A DNA stretch of 63,626 nucleotides, the filler included, from Chiloscyllium plagiosum (Eukaryota), in the NCBI RefSeq assembly GCF_004010195.1. It is 4 parts of one record of this genome, joined end to end, with 100 filler letters (N's around TTAATTAATTAA, not from the genome) between each part and the next. Parts side by side here need not be neighbours in the genome. Positions count along the whole stretch, not along the records: positions 25,162 to 53,914 come from NC_057710.1; positions 54,015 to 59,441 come from NC_057710.1; positions 59,542 to 63,626 come from NC_057710.1; 1 more part is not named here. The stretch is one strand, 5' to 3'. Positions 51,481 through 63,626 of the stretch are shown here, piece after piece. The notes below the pieces were generated by a model. That model had not been told where the DNA came from, ran no database searches, and was given only the letters and a program-made list of their open reading frames with translations. Numbering within the stretch: position 1 is the stretch's first letter; every line of letters starts with the position of its first letter. The position numbers were made by a program, and so were the translations under genes.

Positions 51481-52579
51481 TTCCCTTAGTATTTGTTTCT
51501 TTTCTCACCACTGAGGTCAGACACACTGTTCTGTAGTTACTAAATATACCTCTTCCTTTTATCTCAAGCAACACTAAACATTACTAATCTTCTAATCTTT
51601 CAGCACCGATTCTGCATACATGGAGGAACAGGAAAGCATGGTCAGAGTCTTTGCTATTTCCTCTATTGCTTTGCTTTAAACCAGATCTGATTATTCATTC
51701 CTCTTTAAAAAACAATCCTTGATATTTCCTCTCTCATTGGGTTTAGATTTTCATTCAAAGGAAGGGGAGCAAGAATCACTAAATTTCCAGATTTAGCCTG
51801 CTTGCCTTGGAAAAAGGTGTCAGCGATGTAGAAAAGACGTAGAAAGCATGTTTTCTCGCGTGGGACAATCGAGAGTGAGAACTCATTGTTTTACAAAAAA
51901 GGGCAGCAGATTTAAAACAGACAATAAGAAATTACTTTTCTCAAAATGTCTTGGATCTATGGAATTCAGTAGCCCAAAGTATGGTGTACACTGGGACATT
52001 CGGTATATTTAAGGAGGAAATAGATGAGTTGAAGGTCATGGAGATTGGGCAGGAATGTGGAGTTGAGTTTGAGATTCGATCAGCTGTGATCGTATCAAAG
52101 GGTGGAGCAAGCTCAAGGCACTTGATTGTCTACTCCTGCTCCTAGTGTGTGTGTTCTTCGGTTTTATGTTCTTAAGCTCTAACCTGCCACCCCAGAATGC
52201 ACAACGAAATTTACCTGAGAGCACAGACATCAACAGACCAGTGAAACAGCTAGCTCCAAAGGAAAACATTGTTTAATTGACAACATGTGATCTATTCTGT
52301 CAATCAAACAATGCTTATGAATTCAACATAAAGAGGGATCAATTGTTTGCAGCTGCTGCTACTGATACTTTAAATGGGCTGGATGACTGACCCTGTTATT
52401 AAGCTAGTATAAAAGGAGATGGGTTTAAGAAAGTAGAAAGTAACGAATGGGGATATGTAACCTCTTTTACACATTCTATTGTTACTGTAAAGTTAATTGG
52501 TTCTGTGCAGAGTGTATATACTGGGTAAATGGGTATGTGAGTGCCATAGCTTAGCGTGGAGAATTTGAAGAGCCATTGC

Positions 52580-53768
52580 AATCCAGCAGGGGGATGGGAG
52601 CCAAAATTGTAGTTCGAGTAAAGAAAAGATTGAGAGCAGGGAGGTCCAAAATCAAGTTTCAGGGATGCAAGATGGCACCGGCAAGCAAGAAGTTGATTTG
52701 AAGTGTGTCTACTTCAACGGCAGGAGCATCCGGAATAAGGTGGATAAACTTGCAGCATGGGTTGGTACCTGGGACTTCCGATGTTGTGGCCATTTCGGAG
52801 ACATGGATAGAGCAGGGACAGGAATGGCTGTTGCAGGTTCCAGGACTTACATGTTTCAGTAAGAACAGAGAAGATGGTAAAAGAGGGGGAGGTGTGGCAT
52901 TGTTGGTCAAGGACAGTATTACAGTTGCAGAAAGGATGTTTGGGGACTCGTCAACTGAGGTAGTATGGGCTGAGGTTAGAAACAGGAAAGGAGAGGTCAC
53001 CCTGTTGGGAGTTTTCCATAGGCCTCCAAATAGCTCCAGAAATGTAGAGGAAAGGATAGCAAAGATGATTCTCGATAGGAGTGAGAGAGACAGGGTAGTT
53101 GTCATGGGAGACTTCAACTTTCCAAATATCGACTGGGAACACTATAGTACGAGTACTATAGATGGGTCCGTTTTTGTCTAGTGTGTGCAGGAGGGCTTCC
53201 TGACACAGTATGTAGACAGGCCAAGAAGGGGTGAAGCCACATTAGATTTGGTACTGTGTAACGAGCCAGGCCAGGTGTTAGACTTGGAAGTAGGTGAGCA
53301 CTTTGGTGATAGCAATCACAATTCTGTTATGTTTACTATTGTGATAGAAAGGGATAGGTGTATACCACTGGGCAAGAGTTACAGCTGGGGGAAAGGCAAT
53401 CACAATGCGATTAGGTAAGATTTAGGAAGCATAGGATGGAGAAAGAAACTGCAGGGGATGGGTACATTAGAAATGTGGAGCTTATTCAAGGAAAATCCCC
53501 TGAGTGTCCTAGATAAGCTGTAGACCGCGGGAGCCATGGTTTACGAAGGAAGTGGAATCTCTGGTCAAGAGGAAGGAGAAGGCTTATGTTAGGATGAGAT
53601 GTGAAGACTGAGTTAGGGCGCTTGAGGATTACAAGGTAGCCAGGTAAGACCTAAAGAGAGAGCTCCGAAGAGCCAGGAGGAGACATGAGAAGTTGTTGGC
53701 GGATAGGATCAGGGTAAACCTCAAGGCTTTCTATAGGTATTTCAGGAATAAAAGAATGACGAGAGTAA
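52580..53768 (+). mobile_element. CR1 LINE ORF2 APE endonuclease region (disrupted)
   Basis: LKCVYFNGRSIRNK, AISETW, GGGVALLVK, VVMGDFNFPNIDW, LDLVL, GDSNHN motifs. Confidence 0.96.
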
Positions 53769-53914
53769 GGTGAGGTTCTGGATTAGTGGTGCTGGAAGAG
53801 CACAGCAGTTCAGGCAGCATCCAAGGAGCAGTAAAATCGACGTTTCGGGCAAAAACCCTTCATCAGGAATAAAGGCAGAGAGCCTGAAGGGTGGAGAGAT
53901 AAGCTAGAGGAGGG
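53769..53914 (-). mobile_element. Penelope terminus with hammerhead core (53839-53866), truncated by gap
   Basis: Reverse complement CTGATGAAGGGTTTTTGCCCGAAACGTC. Confidence 0.85.
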
Positions 53915-54014
53915 NNNNNNNNNNNNNNNNNNNNNNNNNNNNNNNNNNNNNNNNNNNNTTAATTAATTAANNNNNNNNNNNNNNNNNNNNNNNNNNNNNN
54001 NNNNNNNNNNNNNN
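53915..54014. other. Artificial contig spacer
   Basis: N44-TTAATTAATTAA-N44. Confidence 0.98.
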
Positions 54015-54244
54015 ACAGATGTTAGGGGTAGATTCTTTACTCAGCGAGTAGTGAGTTCATGGAATGCCCTGCCAGTAGCAGTGGTGGACTCTCCCTCTTT
54101 ATGGGCATTTAAGCGGGCATTGGATAGGCATATAGAGGATAGTGGGCTAGTGTAGGTTAGGTGGGCTTGGATCGGCACAACATCGAGGGCCAAAGGGCCT
54201 GTACTGCGCTGTATTTTTTCTATGTTCTATGTTTCTATGTTCTA
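54015..54244 (+). mobile_element. Young CR1 3' end
   Basis: Near-identical to 25178-25405. Confidence 0.9.
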
Positions 54245-55290
54245 ATCCCCTGCTGGTAAATGATGGCCCATTGTCTTGACCAACACATCTGGGAGTCCAA
54301 GAGGTCAATCACCTTCCCCATGTTTGATGAATTAACTCTATGCACATCCAACTACTATGAGTAGGCATCACAATGGTTAAGAGCATTGAGCCCATGAAAA
54401 GACCAGCGTAGTCAACAGGTAACCAAGTCCAGGGTTTACCTGTCCATTCCTACAACTGCAAGGGAGCTGTTGGCAGTAAGTTTCTGTCCTTGTTGGCACT
54501 CTGTGTACTGCCCCACCAATGTGGCTATTTTGGCATCCACTCCTGGCCATCAGACAATTTCTCACCAACATTTTCATTCTGGAAATCCCTGGATCACCCT
54601 GGTGGAGTTCAGCCAGTATCTGGCGATAACCTTTGCTCAGGACAATCACTCCTCAATAATATGTTATCCTCTACGGGGATCTGGTCTCACTTGGCACAAA
54701 AATGTTGCAATTGTATTTGTGATGATTCTTTGGTTTTCCACATCACCATCAACTGTTTTAGTCTTGTCAGAACAGGATATTTTTGTGTCCACATTCTGAT
54801 ATTGTCAGTGGTGACAAGAAGGGTGTCCCGAAAGTTAAAAAAAACAGAATGTACTCTTCTAGTGGTGGCACCACTGGTGCTGTATCTGTCAGTGGGAGGT
54901 GGCTCAAGGCATCCACATTTGCCACTTCGCCTTTCTATTTGTAATTGTGTACGCTTAGAATAAGAGCCCACCATTGAATTCAGCCTGAAGCTATGGGAGG
55001 CACAGTCTTGTAGACCTCGCAAGAGTTTTTGGTTTTCTATGTGGGTGTATTTTTGTTCAGCATCAGCCAAAATCCAGGAAGTATTCACTATAGGACATTC
55101 CTCTCCGCTGGGCCAACACTACCCTGATACCATACAGGGAAGCATCGAATGTCAATACCAGATCCCACTTAGGATCATAGTGTCCCAACAACTGAGATGA
55201 CGATAGCTGCTTCTTCACCTCCCGGAAGGCTACTTCTTGACTATGAGACCATTTCTAAGTCTGACCCCTTCTCAATAATAGATCCCAGAA
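54245..55290 (-). mobile_element. Decayed Gypsy/Ty3 pol (RNase H to integrase)
   Basis: LAELHQGDPGISRMKMLVR (integrase Zn-finger), LVLTFDASLYG (RNase H), SDNGP-like core at the left end. Confidence 0.8.
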
Positions 55291-56154
55291 ATGCTTATTC
55301 CCAACTCAAAGACAACTGTTGTGAGCATATTTCTTCAGGTTCATTTTTTTTTCTCTTGTCACCACTGAAATAACTCCATGAAGGCCACTATCCTGTCACC
55401 AACTCACTATTTATTTACACGTGCATAGTACATGACACTGACCCAGCTAACTTAGAACCAGTTCCTGAAGAGAGCAGAACCCCTGACACTCTTGTTTGTA
55501 TCTGTCAGCCAGGGATCCCTGATTGGACTGGGTTAACAGCCTCAATCAGGGAACTCATATTCTATGAGGTCCATTTGGGCCTGCATGGTTATCTCACTGA
55601 GGGGAGTGGATCATGGTCAGTCTGTTGGGTCCTTCCAGAGAAACTAGGATTGGAGTCAAGGGAGGTTGTTGCCATAGCAAGACGACTCAGACCATGTTTG
55701 TGAGGACTGGGACCTCCAGGCTGGTGGGTGAGAGAAGGTGACAATTGGAAGGTAGGACAACTGTTTTTGTAAGGGGACAATATGGTAAAGCATGCATGGG
55801 AACAGGGCTATGTGGGAGAGTTTGATTGCCCACAGTCGGAACCACTCTCACATTAAGAGGAGATTTTTGAGGGCCTGTTTATAGTACCTCCTCCAAGTGA
55901 GACCCTTCGGTCCTGTCTCATTGTCAGGAAGGGGCATATAGACTGCTCAACAGCTTCCCTATCCCCCTGTGGTCAAGCCTTTAGTCCTGAGGACCAGTGG
56001 GTGGGGTGATATAATGCAGGTCTGTATATCCGAGTGGACCTAGTTCTCCATGGTAGTCACCAACCTGCTCCTGGAGGCACCCAGACAATGGCATGCATGA
56101 GGCAGCTGGACCCCAATGTCATAGTTGCATTCCAGCAGCCTATGGAGAATGTGG

Positions 56155-56361
56155 ATCAGTGGTGCTGGAAGAGCACAGCAATTCAGGCAGCATCTGACGA
56201 GCAGCAAAATCGACGTTTCGGGCAAAAGTCCTTCATCAGGAATGGCTTTTGCCCGAAATGTCGATTTTGCTGCTCGTCGGATGCTGCCTGAATTGCTGTG
56301 CTCTTCCAGCACCACTGATCCAGAATCTGGTTTCCAGCATCTGCAGTCATTGTTTTTACCT
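56155..56361. mobile_element. Palindromic mini-Penelope insertion with 15-bp TSD
   Basis: Inverted arms about 56152-56230 and 56244-56322; hammerhead core on minus strand 56212-56239; TSD CTATGGAGAATGTGG at 56140-56154 and 56362-56376. Confidence 0.88.
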
Positions 56362-57784
56362 CTATGGAGAATGTGGGCCATTGACCCCACATCACTGTCT
56401 GCTGCTCCTGTTCTTCCCAGGAGATATAGATAGAGTCCCTGATGGTCAACCTCACAAGCTCCTCTCCTGCCTGGGACTGAGCAGGAGCCTGGTCACTGAC
56501 AGGCCTCCGAGTGCCAGTGGCTTGGGCTGTCTCTTCCTTATCCAGTCGCAGAGTTGCTGCAGTGAGGTACTCACCAGGTTGTGCTCCCAAATATTCCAAG
56601 GCTGACGCTCCCAGTGAGGAGTCAATACGGGGGCTGGTGGTGAGGGGGTTGCAGAAAGGAGCTTGTACTAATGTTTCCTCTGAGGTCTCAGAACTCTTGT
56701 CCTCAAACGTCATTGAGGTGGCTTCAGGTGGAACAACCATCTTTCAGTAGCGATTCTGAACATCCTATTGGTTCTTGCAACACAAGGGAGGAAGGTGTCG
56801 CAGCCAATGGTTAGAAATGGTGTACAATGAATGACACTGACAGCTGTGTTACTATAAGAGTTGGATTAGAAGGGTGATACCTGTTTGGAAGGACATGGAT
56901 ATATTGGCATGCCTACAGGAATGGTCCTGGTCTTCTCTTGCAAGGGACAGAATATGGGTTGAGGAACCTGGTATTGGGCATCTCTCCACCATTTGGGCTC
57001 CTTCTGCCTGAATGTCTGTTATTTTCTCCTGGAGTGTGAGAAAGGGAGGGATTGAGTGAGATGAAAATGTGTGGCACAACCGTTCTTAACTGAAGTGTGT
57101 ACTGAAGCCCCTGATGATGTGAAGGTTTACAATGTGGGTGCTGAGCTTTCTTTCAGCAATTACAGTGTGACCCAAATTAAATCAGTGACGACCGACAACA
57201 TGCAGTTTCTACATACTGAGCAAGTCTGAATAAAAATCAGCATTTCACCGGCCATGAAATGAATGGTCAGGGTAAATAGTTATTGAAGTGAATTTGATAA
57301 GCCATATTGAGAACTCGCTAGGCTCTGTGGTGACAAAGTTTCCATGAAACTGACAAAACCAAAACCCCTTTAAGATTCAGCCCCATGTCTCTGCAGCTTC
57401 TAGGAGACTCTCCAGATAAATTCATTGAATATTTTTAAGGCAAATGGTGATATATTGTTGACCAACAAGCAGTCAGTAATTATGGGGACTCAGCAGGAAT
57501 GTGAAGTTGAGACCACAATCAGACCGGCCTGTTTGGAGAGCTCCCTCGGGAGGTGTGACAAGCCCCAACAACTCATTCATCAAACTCACCTGGGTGGCAC
57601 ACAACAAACAATTTCTTAAGATCTTTCAACTCGGTTATGATGCAGAGATCAGTTTGTTTATCCATTGGTACCTGGAAAATGAGTTATTTAAGTTTTAAGA
57701 CTGTCAGTTTTCCTGTAAAATGCCAGCCAATAGAATGATTTTCAGATTTGCAGCTCTGTTTAATAGTAAATTAACAATAATTAG

Positions 57785-58620
57785 AGAGTCATAAAATCAT
57801 ACAACATGATAGAGGCCATTTGGCCTACTGAGTCTGCACTGACCTATCCACACTCGTCCCATTTTCCAACACTTTGCTCATAGTTTTGAATGTAATGTCA
57901 TTTCAAGTATTCTTGAAAGATTGTGAGGTGACACATCTGAACTACACTCCCAGACAATGCATTCCAGATTCCCACCCTCCCCTGATTTTTTTCTTAAATT
58001 CCCTCTAAACCTCCTGCCTTTCACTTTAAAATTATACCTCCTCGTTATTGAGTCTTCAACAAAGAGAAACATCTTCTTTCCATCCATCCTATACATGCCC
58101 ATCATAATTTTATGCAGCTCAGTCAGTTCTCCCCTCAGCCCTCAGCCAGGTCCAAAGAAATCAACCAAAGCTTATCCAACTTCTCTTCATAGCTAAAATG
58201 CTCCAACCTTATCAATTTTCTCTGCACACCCTCCAGTGCAATCACACTCTTCCTATTATGTGGTGACCAGTACTGCGCACAGTACTGCTATGGCCAAATC
58301 CAATGTTTTGTACAGTTCCAACATGATCTTGCTGTTATAATCTGAGAAAGACAAACGCCTGGTACGCCTTCTTAGCTATCCCATCAACCTGTCCTGCCAC
58401 CTTCAGGCATCTGTGAGCAAGCAGCCGAAGACCCCTTTACTTCTGAGGTTTCTAATATCCTGCCATTCATTGAATACTTCCTTATCTTTTCACTTTACCT
58501 TTTTAGGGTTAAATAACATCTACCATGGGTCGGCCCATTTGACCAATCCATCGATATCTTCATAAGACCTTCTTCCTCACTGAAAACCATCCAGCCAATC
58601 TTCGTGAGGCTCCGTGGGGA
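57785..58620 (-). mobile_element. Old CR1 3' end
   Basis: MMGMYRMDGKKMF..TRRYNFKV motif and tail. Confidence 0.7.
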
Positions 58621-59279
58621 CTCACTGGGCCAGATGGTCTGCTTTCACACTCTACGGAGTCTATGATTAATGCTGATCTGAGACTTGTTGGTCTGTAAAT
58701 CCTTAGTATATCCCTACCACCTTTCTTTACAGGATCCTTCATTTTAGATATCGATGTTTCCTGTTGCAGATCAGCAGAGCTCTCAGCTGTAATATTTTCA
58801 TATTGTTGGTTCAGAAACGTATGTGTATCGAGTATCACCATATATAGCTAGTGATATTGGTTTAATTGTTAAACTGGGTGAAGAGTTGTGCCATAGCAAT
58901 GGGAATCCACAGTCTACCATAATTATGATGAAGAAAGTCTATGAAATTATGATAAGACTTACTCCATTTTACACACCATGTCATAAGTTCTTACAGTGTT
59001 CCACTGAGACCTCAGCTGAAAATAATTGAACAGCTAATTACCATAGATGCAGCATTAGGAGTGTTAGGAAATTTGGGTTTGTTGAAATAATGAATTACAA
59101 ACTGTGATTATTACAGCCATTTGACCATTACAGAATGGCACAGAAGGACTTGATCCGTTTGGTTCAATCACAACACTTAAAAAGAAATTCTGTTGCTCTC
59201 ACTTGGTATGTTATTTGTTAGCAATGCTGTAAATCTGACAGTGTGTAGGATCACTGGAGCTAGGTGCATTTCAACATAA

Positions 59280-59441
59280 GTAAAAACAATGACTGCAGAT
59301 GCTGGAAACCAGATTCTGGATCAGTGGTGCTGGAAGAGCACAGCAGTTCAGGCAGCATCCGACGAGCAGCAAAATCGACGTTTCGGGCAAAAGCCCTTCA
59401 TCAGGAATAAAGGCAGAGAGCCTGAAGCATGGAGAGATAAG
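59280..59441 (-). mobile_element. Penelope terminus truncated by gap
   Basis: Nearly identical to 4149-4305. Confidence 0.88.
59377..59404 (-). ncRNA. Minimal hammerhead ribozyme core, intact
   Basis: CTGATGA-A-GGGC-TTTT-GCCC-GAAA-C-GTC. Confidence 0.72.
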
Positions 59442-59541
59442 NNNNNNNNNNNNNNNNNNNNNNNNNNNNNNNNNNNNNNNNNNNNTTAATTAATTAANNN
59501 NNNNNNNNNNNNNNNNNNNNNNNNNNNNNNNNNNNNNNNNN
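59442..59541. other. Artificial contig spacer
   Basis: N44-TTAATTAATTAA-N44. Confidence 0.98.
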
Positions 59542-60525
59542 CACCTGCTACTTCTCCTGCCATCTCTTTTAGTACCCTAGGATGCATTCCATCAGGGCCG
59601 TCCTTAGCTCGATTAACTTGCCCAATGCTAGCTCTTCTGTAATAATTGTTTCCAGGTCCTCACTTACCTTCCTCTGTCACTTACTGGCAGGTTATTACTT
59701 TAACACCGATACAAAACTCCTGTTTGTTGCCTCGGCCATTTCATCATATCCCGTAAATAAATGCCACTTCTCATCCTCTAAAGGACCAACATTTACTTTA
59801 GCCACTCTTTCTCATTTCATATATTTATAGAAACTTCTGCTATCTGTCTTTGTTGTGCTAGTTCTTTTTTCTCATGTTCTATCTTAGTTTTCTTTATAGC
59901 TCTTTTTGTGGCTTTCTGTTAACCTTTTAAAGTTTTCCAATTTTCTAGTTTCATGGTGTTTTTGGCCACTTTGTATGCCACCTTTTCCAATTTGATAGCC
60001 TCCCTTATTTTCTTAGACACCCATGGATTATACTTTTGCTAAGTACTTTGAAAATTTTCTTTGAAAGTCCTCTACTGCTAGTCAACTGTTCCACCATAAA
60101 ATCATTGTTTCCAGTCTACTTTAGCCAGGATCTTCCTCATTCTATTGTAGTCCCCCTTGTTCAAGCACAGGATCCTGGTATTGCGTTTTATCTTCACACA
60201 ATCCATCTGTGTCCTAAATTCAACCATATTGTGATCACTCCTTCCAAGAGGATCCTTAATTTTGAGGTCATTAATTATTCCTGTCTCATTATACAGGACC
60301 AGATCAATGATGGCTTGCTCTCTCATTGCTTCCATTACATACTGTTCAGGAAAACTGTCATGGGTGCACTCGATGAAATCCTCCTCAAGGCTTGCCTGAC
60401 CAAACTGGTTCAACCAACCTACATATAAATTAAAATCCCCCATGATAATAGTCATACTGTTTTTACAGGCATTAGTTATTTCTGTGTTTGTTGTCCGTCC
60501 CAATGTGATATTATTTGGTGGCCTA
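59542..60525 (-). mobile_element. CR1 ORF2 endonuclease/tether fragment
   Basis: IIMGDFN, IIDLVL, SDHNMVEF motifs (ORF 60102-60503). Confidence 0.92.
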
Positions 60526-60851
60526 TACTTTTATCTTAGCCTGCTGGAAAAATTTAGCACCGCCTTCCTAACCTGAGATCTTCTTCCCGACCTCTCCGCC
60601 CCCACCCCAGTCTGATCTATCACCCTCACCTTGACCTCTTTCAACCTATCACATTTCCGACGCCCCTCTCCCAAGTCCCTCCTCCCTACCTTTTATCTTA
60701 GCCTGCTGGACAAACTTTCCCCATTCCTGAAGAAGGGCTTATGCCCGAAACGTCGATTCTCCTGTTCCCTGGATGCTGCCTGACCTGCTGCGCTTTTCCA
60801 GCAACACATTTCCAGCTCTGATCTCCAGCATCTGCAGTCCTCACTTTCTCC
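60526..60851 (+). mobile_element. Penelope 3' terminal region with hammerhead core (60727-60754)
   Basis: CTGAAGA-A-GGGC-TTAT-GCCC-GAAA-CGTC; partial direct repeat CTTTTATCTTAGCCTGCTGGA at about 60528 and 60690. Confidence 0.85.
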
Positions 60852-60949
60852 TTCTAAATGGCAATGTCAATCTATGTGATTTTCTGGGAACAGCATAGAC
60901 TCGTGAAAGTGCGTTTAAATCTTCAGTTTATTAAATCAGGAGTAAATTA

Positions 60950-61145
60950 GATATGTTGGCCAGACAGCCAGTTTGCAATGCAGACCGATGTCAACAATAT
61001 GGGTTCAATTCCTGCAATAGCTGAGGTTACAATGAAGGCCTTTCCTTCTCAAGCACTCTCCTTGTCTGAGGCATGGTGTCCCTCAGGGTAAACCATCAGA
61101 AGTTATTTCTCTCTAATGAGAGAACACCGATGGCTACTTCCCCTT
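60950..61145 (+). mobile_element. tRNA-derived SINE remnant
   Basis: GGGTTCAATTCC B box with a downstream body. Confidence 0.45.
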
Positions 61146-61829
61146 TTTTAAATTAAAATTAGTCTTGTTGTTTCTTTAATTTGCTATTGACTGAGGAAGA
61201 TAGTGGGTAAAATGTTTTTATTTTAAAAACACAAGTTAAGTTTCAAGTATCCTTAGTTGCTGCAACTCAAAGAAAACGTTTAATGGATGTAGAAGTTCAA
61301 GGACATCTTCAAATTCGGGAATGCTTGTGGATTTGTGATAGTTTTATTCATCTGCTATGCGCTTTGCCATTAAACTCATGCTGCTACTCAGTCCTATTGT
61401 GTTGAACAACCTCAATTACTTACACATCAAAGGCCACTGAATAGCTCCTATTTATCTTGTCATTTTAATTTCAATTCCATTTAAGTGCAATTTAACACGG
61501 CACAAAGTATTGTCAAGCAGGGGATCTAGATGTCTCACAATTGGTTGCAATATCTATTCTGCAAATGATTGTCCATTAAATGAATTATTAAGTGAAAAAG
61601 GGGTTGTTTAATATGATGTCTTAGACATGCTCCCATCCAGTACTAACCTATATGACTTTTCGGTTTTAAATCTTGCCCTAAATTCACCAACAGCTTGCAT
61701 TTATGTAGCATCTTTAATGCAGTAAGACATCCTAGTACATATCACAGGAAGTGATTCAAAACCAAAGAAGAATACATTAACAAGGATGATAAAGAGTTTT
61801 CTCAAATGGATATAATTATGTGACATAAT

Positions 61830-63350
61830 GAAATTGGTATAGACAGAGAGGAGGTTCGGAGTGGTCTAGCAGATATAAAGTAGTTAAATCTCCATGGCCA
61901 GATGAAATGGATCCCTGGCTGTTGAGTGAGGCAAGGGAGGAAATAACAGGAGCACTGGCAATAATTTCAACTCCTCTCTGGCCAGAGGAGAGGTGCCAGA
62001 GGATTGCAGGACAGACAGTGCAGTATCTTTATACAAGAAGGGAGGAAGAGATAAACCAGGAAATGACAGGACAGTCAGTCTAGCATCAGTGGTGAGGTTA
62101 CTACTGGAAGCTATTCTGAGGCACGGAATTATAATTAAAATTAGAACTAGAATTAGAACTGGAAATAGAATTAGCCTTTATTGCTACATATACATTTTAA
62201 TGAGTGCAATGAAAAGTTTATATGTCGCCACTTATAGCGCCAACTGGGTACAAAGGTACCTGGGTACAGCCTTTTTAGTAACAAAATCTTGTACAGTACA
62301 AAAATAAAATGTCCAGTATTACAGAAATGAAAGTTCAGACAACAGAACACATTGGCACCTAGCTTCCAGTCTGCACCAGTCCTTGGATCACACTGCGCCG
62401 AGCTTCACCTTGAGGACTACAAGGCTGGGAGATTGCTTCATACTGCCACGCCGGGCCGAGGTCACCTCATTGGGCCAGGTCACCTCACAGGCTGAGGTCA
62501 CCTCATTGGGCCAGGTCACCTCATTGGGCCAGGTCACCTCACCAGGCCGAGGTCACTTCATCAGGCCGAGGACACCTCATCAGGCCGAGGTCACCTCACT
62601 AGGCCAAGGACACCTCACCAGGCTGAGAACACATCACTGGGCTGAGGTCATCATGTCGGGTTGGGATCACCATACTGGGCCGAGGTCACTACATTGGGAG
62701 GCTGCTACAATTGGTGGAGAAGCCACTATACCAAGCTAGTAGGTCACCATGTCATGCCAAGAGATCACCACATCACACCTGGAGGCTGCTAAAGGAGGCC
62801 ACTGCGCCAGGTCACCATGCCACAAAAGGAGGCCACTACAGGAGGAGGTCATTGGGTCAGTCCAGGAGGTCACCAACCCATGCTGCAAGACTGCTGCAGC
62901 AGGCTGGGTGACCACTGAGCCTGGCTGGGAGTTGTCGCCAGATGTCGGGAGTCATTGCGAGAGGACCAGGAATCATTGTCGAAGAACCAGCAATTAGCAC
63001 TCACCTGAGGCCAGCAATCGTCAGAGGCCATGAGAGAAGAAGAGAAAATGAAAAGCCCTTAGAGGATGAACAGAGAAAAAGAAGAAGAAGCAGATGACCT
63101 CTGGCTGGAACATCCACCACCTTGGCCACTTATTTGGCCACAGGATTAGTCTGCACTTGAACAGGCAGGGATTCATGAAAAATAGTTAGCATGGATTTGT
63201 TAAGGGGAGATCATGTCTGATCAACTTGAATTTAACAAAGAGGTCACCATACGTACAGATGAGGCAATGTATTTGATGTAGTCCTGCATGGCAGACTGAT
63301 TGCAAAGGTATGAGATCATGGGATTAAGAATTGGCTGAGTGGCAAGAAGC
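61830..63350 (+). mobile_element. Old CR1 RT fragment interrupted by the 62135-63127 insertion
   Basis: PEDCR..LYKKGGRDKPGNDRTVSLASVV; resumes with HGFVKGRSCLINL. Confidence 0.8.
62135..63127 (-). mobile_element. Non-autonomous retroposon with internal 18-19 bp minisatellite (62454-62698)
   Basis: 3' tail homologous to 6221-6320; unit GGCCGAGGTCACCTCATCA-like. Confidence 0.65.
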
Positions 63351-63354
63351 AAAA

Positions 63355-63626
63355 TAGACAATAGACAATAGATGCAGGAGTAGGCCATTCAGCCCTTCGA
63401 GCCTGCACCACCATTCAATATGATCATGGCTGATCATTCCTAATCAGTATCCTCTTCCTGCCTTATCTCCATAACCCTCGGATTCCACTATCTTTGAGAG
63501 CTCTACCCAACTCTTTCTTAAATTAATCCAGAGAGTGGGCCTCCACTGCCCTCTGGGGCAGAGCATTCCACACAGCCACCACTCTCTCAGTGAAGAAGTT
63601 TCTCCTCATCTCTGTCCTAAATGGTC
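63355..63626 (-). mobile_element. Young CR1 3' end (runs off window)
   Basis: NFFTERVVAVWNALP motif, CR1 3' UTR and (CTATTGT)n tail. Confidence 0.9.

Noticed and set aside
56183..56740. 185-aa ORF
   Set aside because: Reads through the mini-Penelope insertion and decayed transposon sequence
58560..58841. 93-aa ORF with an apparent acceptor
   Set aside because: Contains a CR1 RT remnant (KKGGRD..YRPTSL) and a CR1 tail; chimeric repeat sequence

Overview
Eukaryotic, repeat-dominated genomic DNA, almost certainly from a cartilaginous fish (shark). The taxon is inferred from multiple HE1-type V-SINEs and shark-type CR1 and Penelope families. The window holds four contigs joined by artificial 100-nt spacers (N44-TTAATTAATTAA-N44). 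Content: many CR1 LINE fragments (ORF1 Zn-finger/leucine-zipper plus SGNH esterase, ORF2 APE endonuclease, RT, 3' tails), HE1-type and other tRNA-derived SINEs, two families of Penelope-like elements (PLEs, with GIY-YIG and RT-thumb remnants), a decayed Gypsy pol, a probable LTR, and Harbinger-type Myb/SANT remnants. No intact gene is visible; a few minus-strand splice-flanked open segments (best 7972-8140) suggest the window may be intronic to an unidentified gene. Highlights: (1) PLE termini carry minimal hammerhead-ribozyme cores (CUGANGA-stem II-GAAA-palindrome); (2) tiny fold-back PLE insertions of about 80-230 bp have their own 12-15 bp target-site duplications; (3) a young SINE insertion at 12389-13531 carries a 646-bp direct copy and a 176-bp inverted copy of neighbouring DNA at its 5' end, all inside one short target-site duplication. 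Most ORF-track entries are repeat-derived or random.
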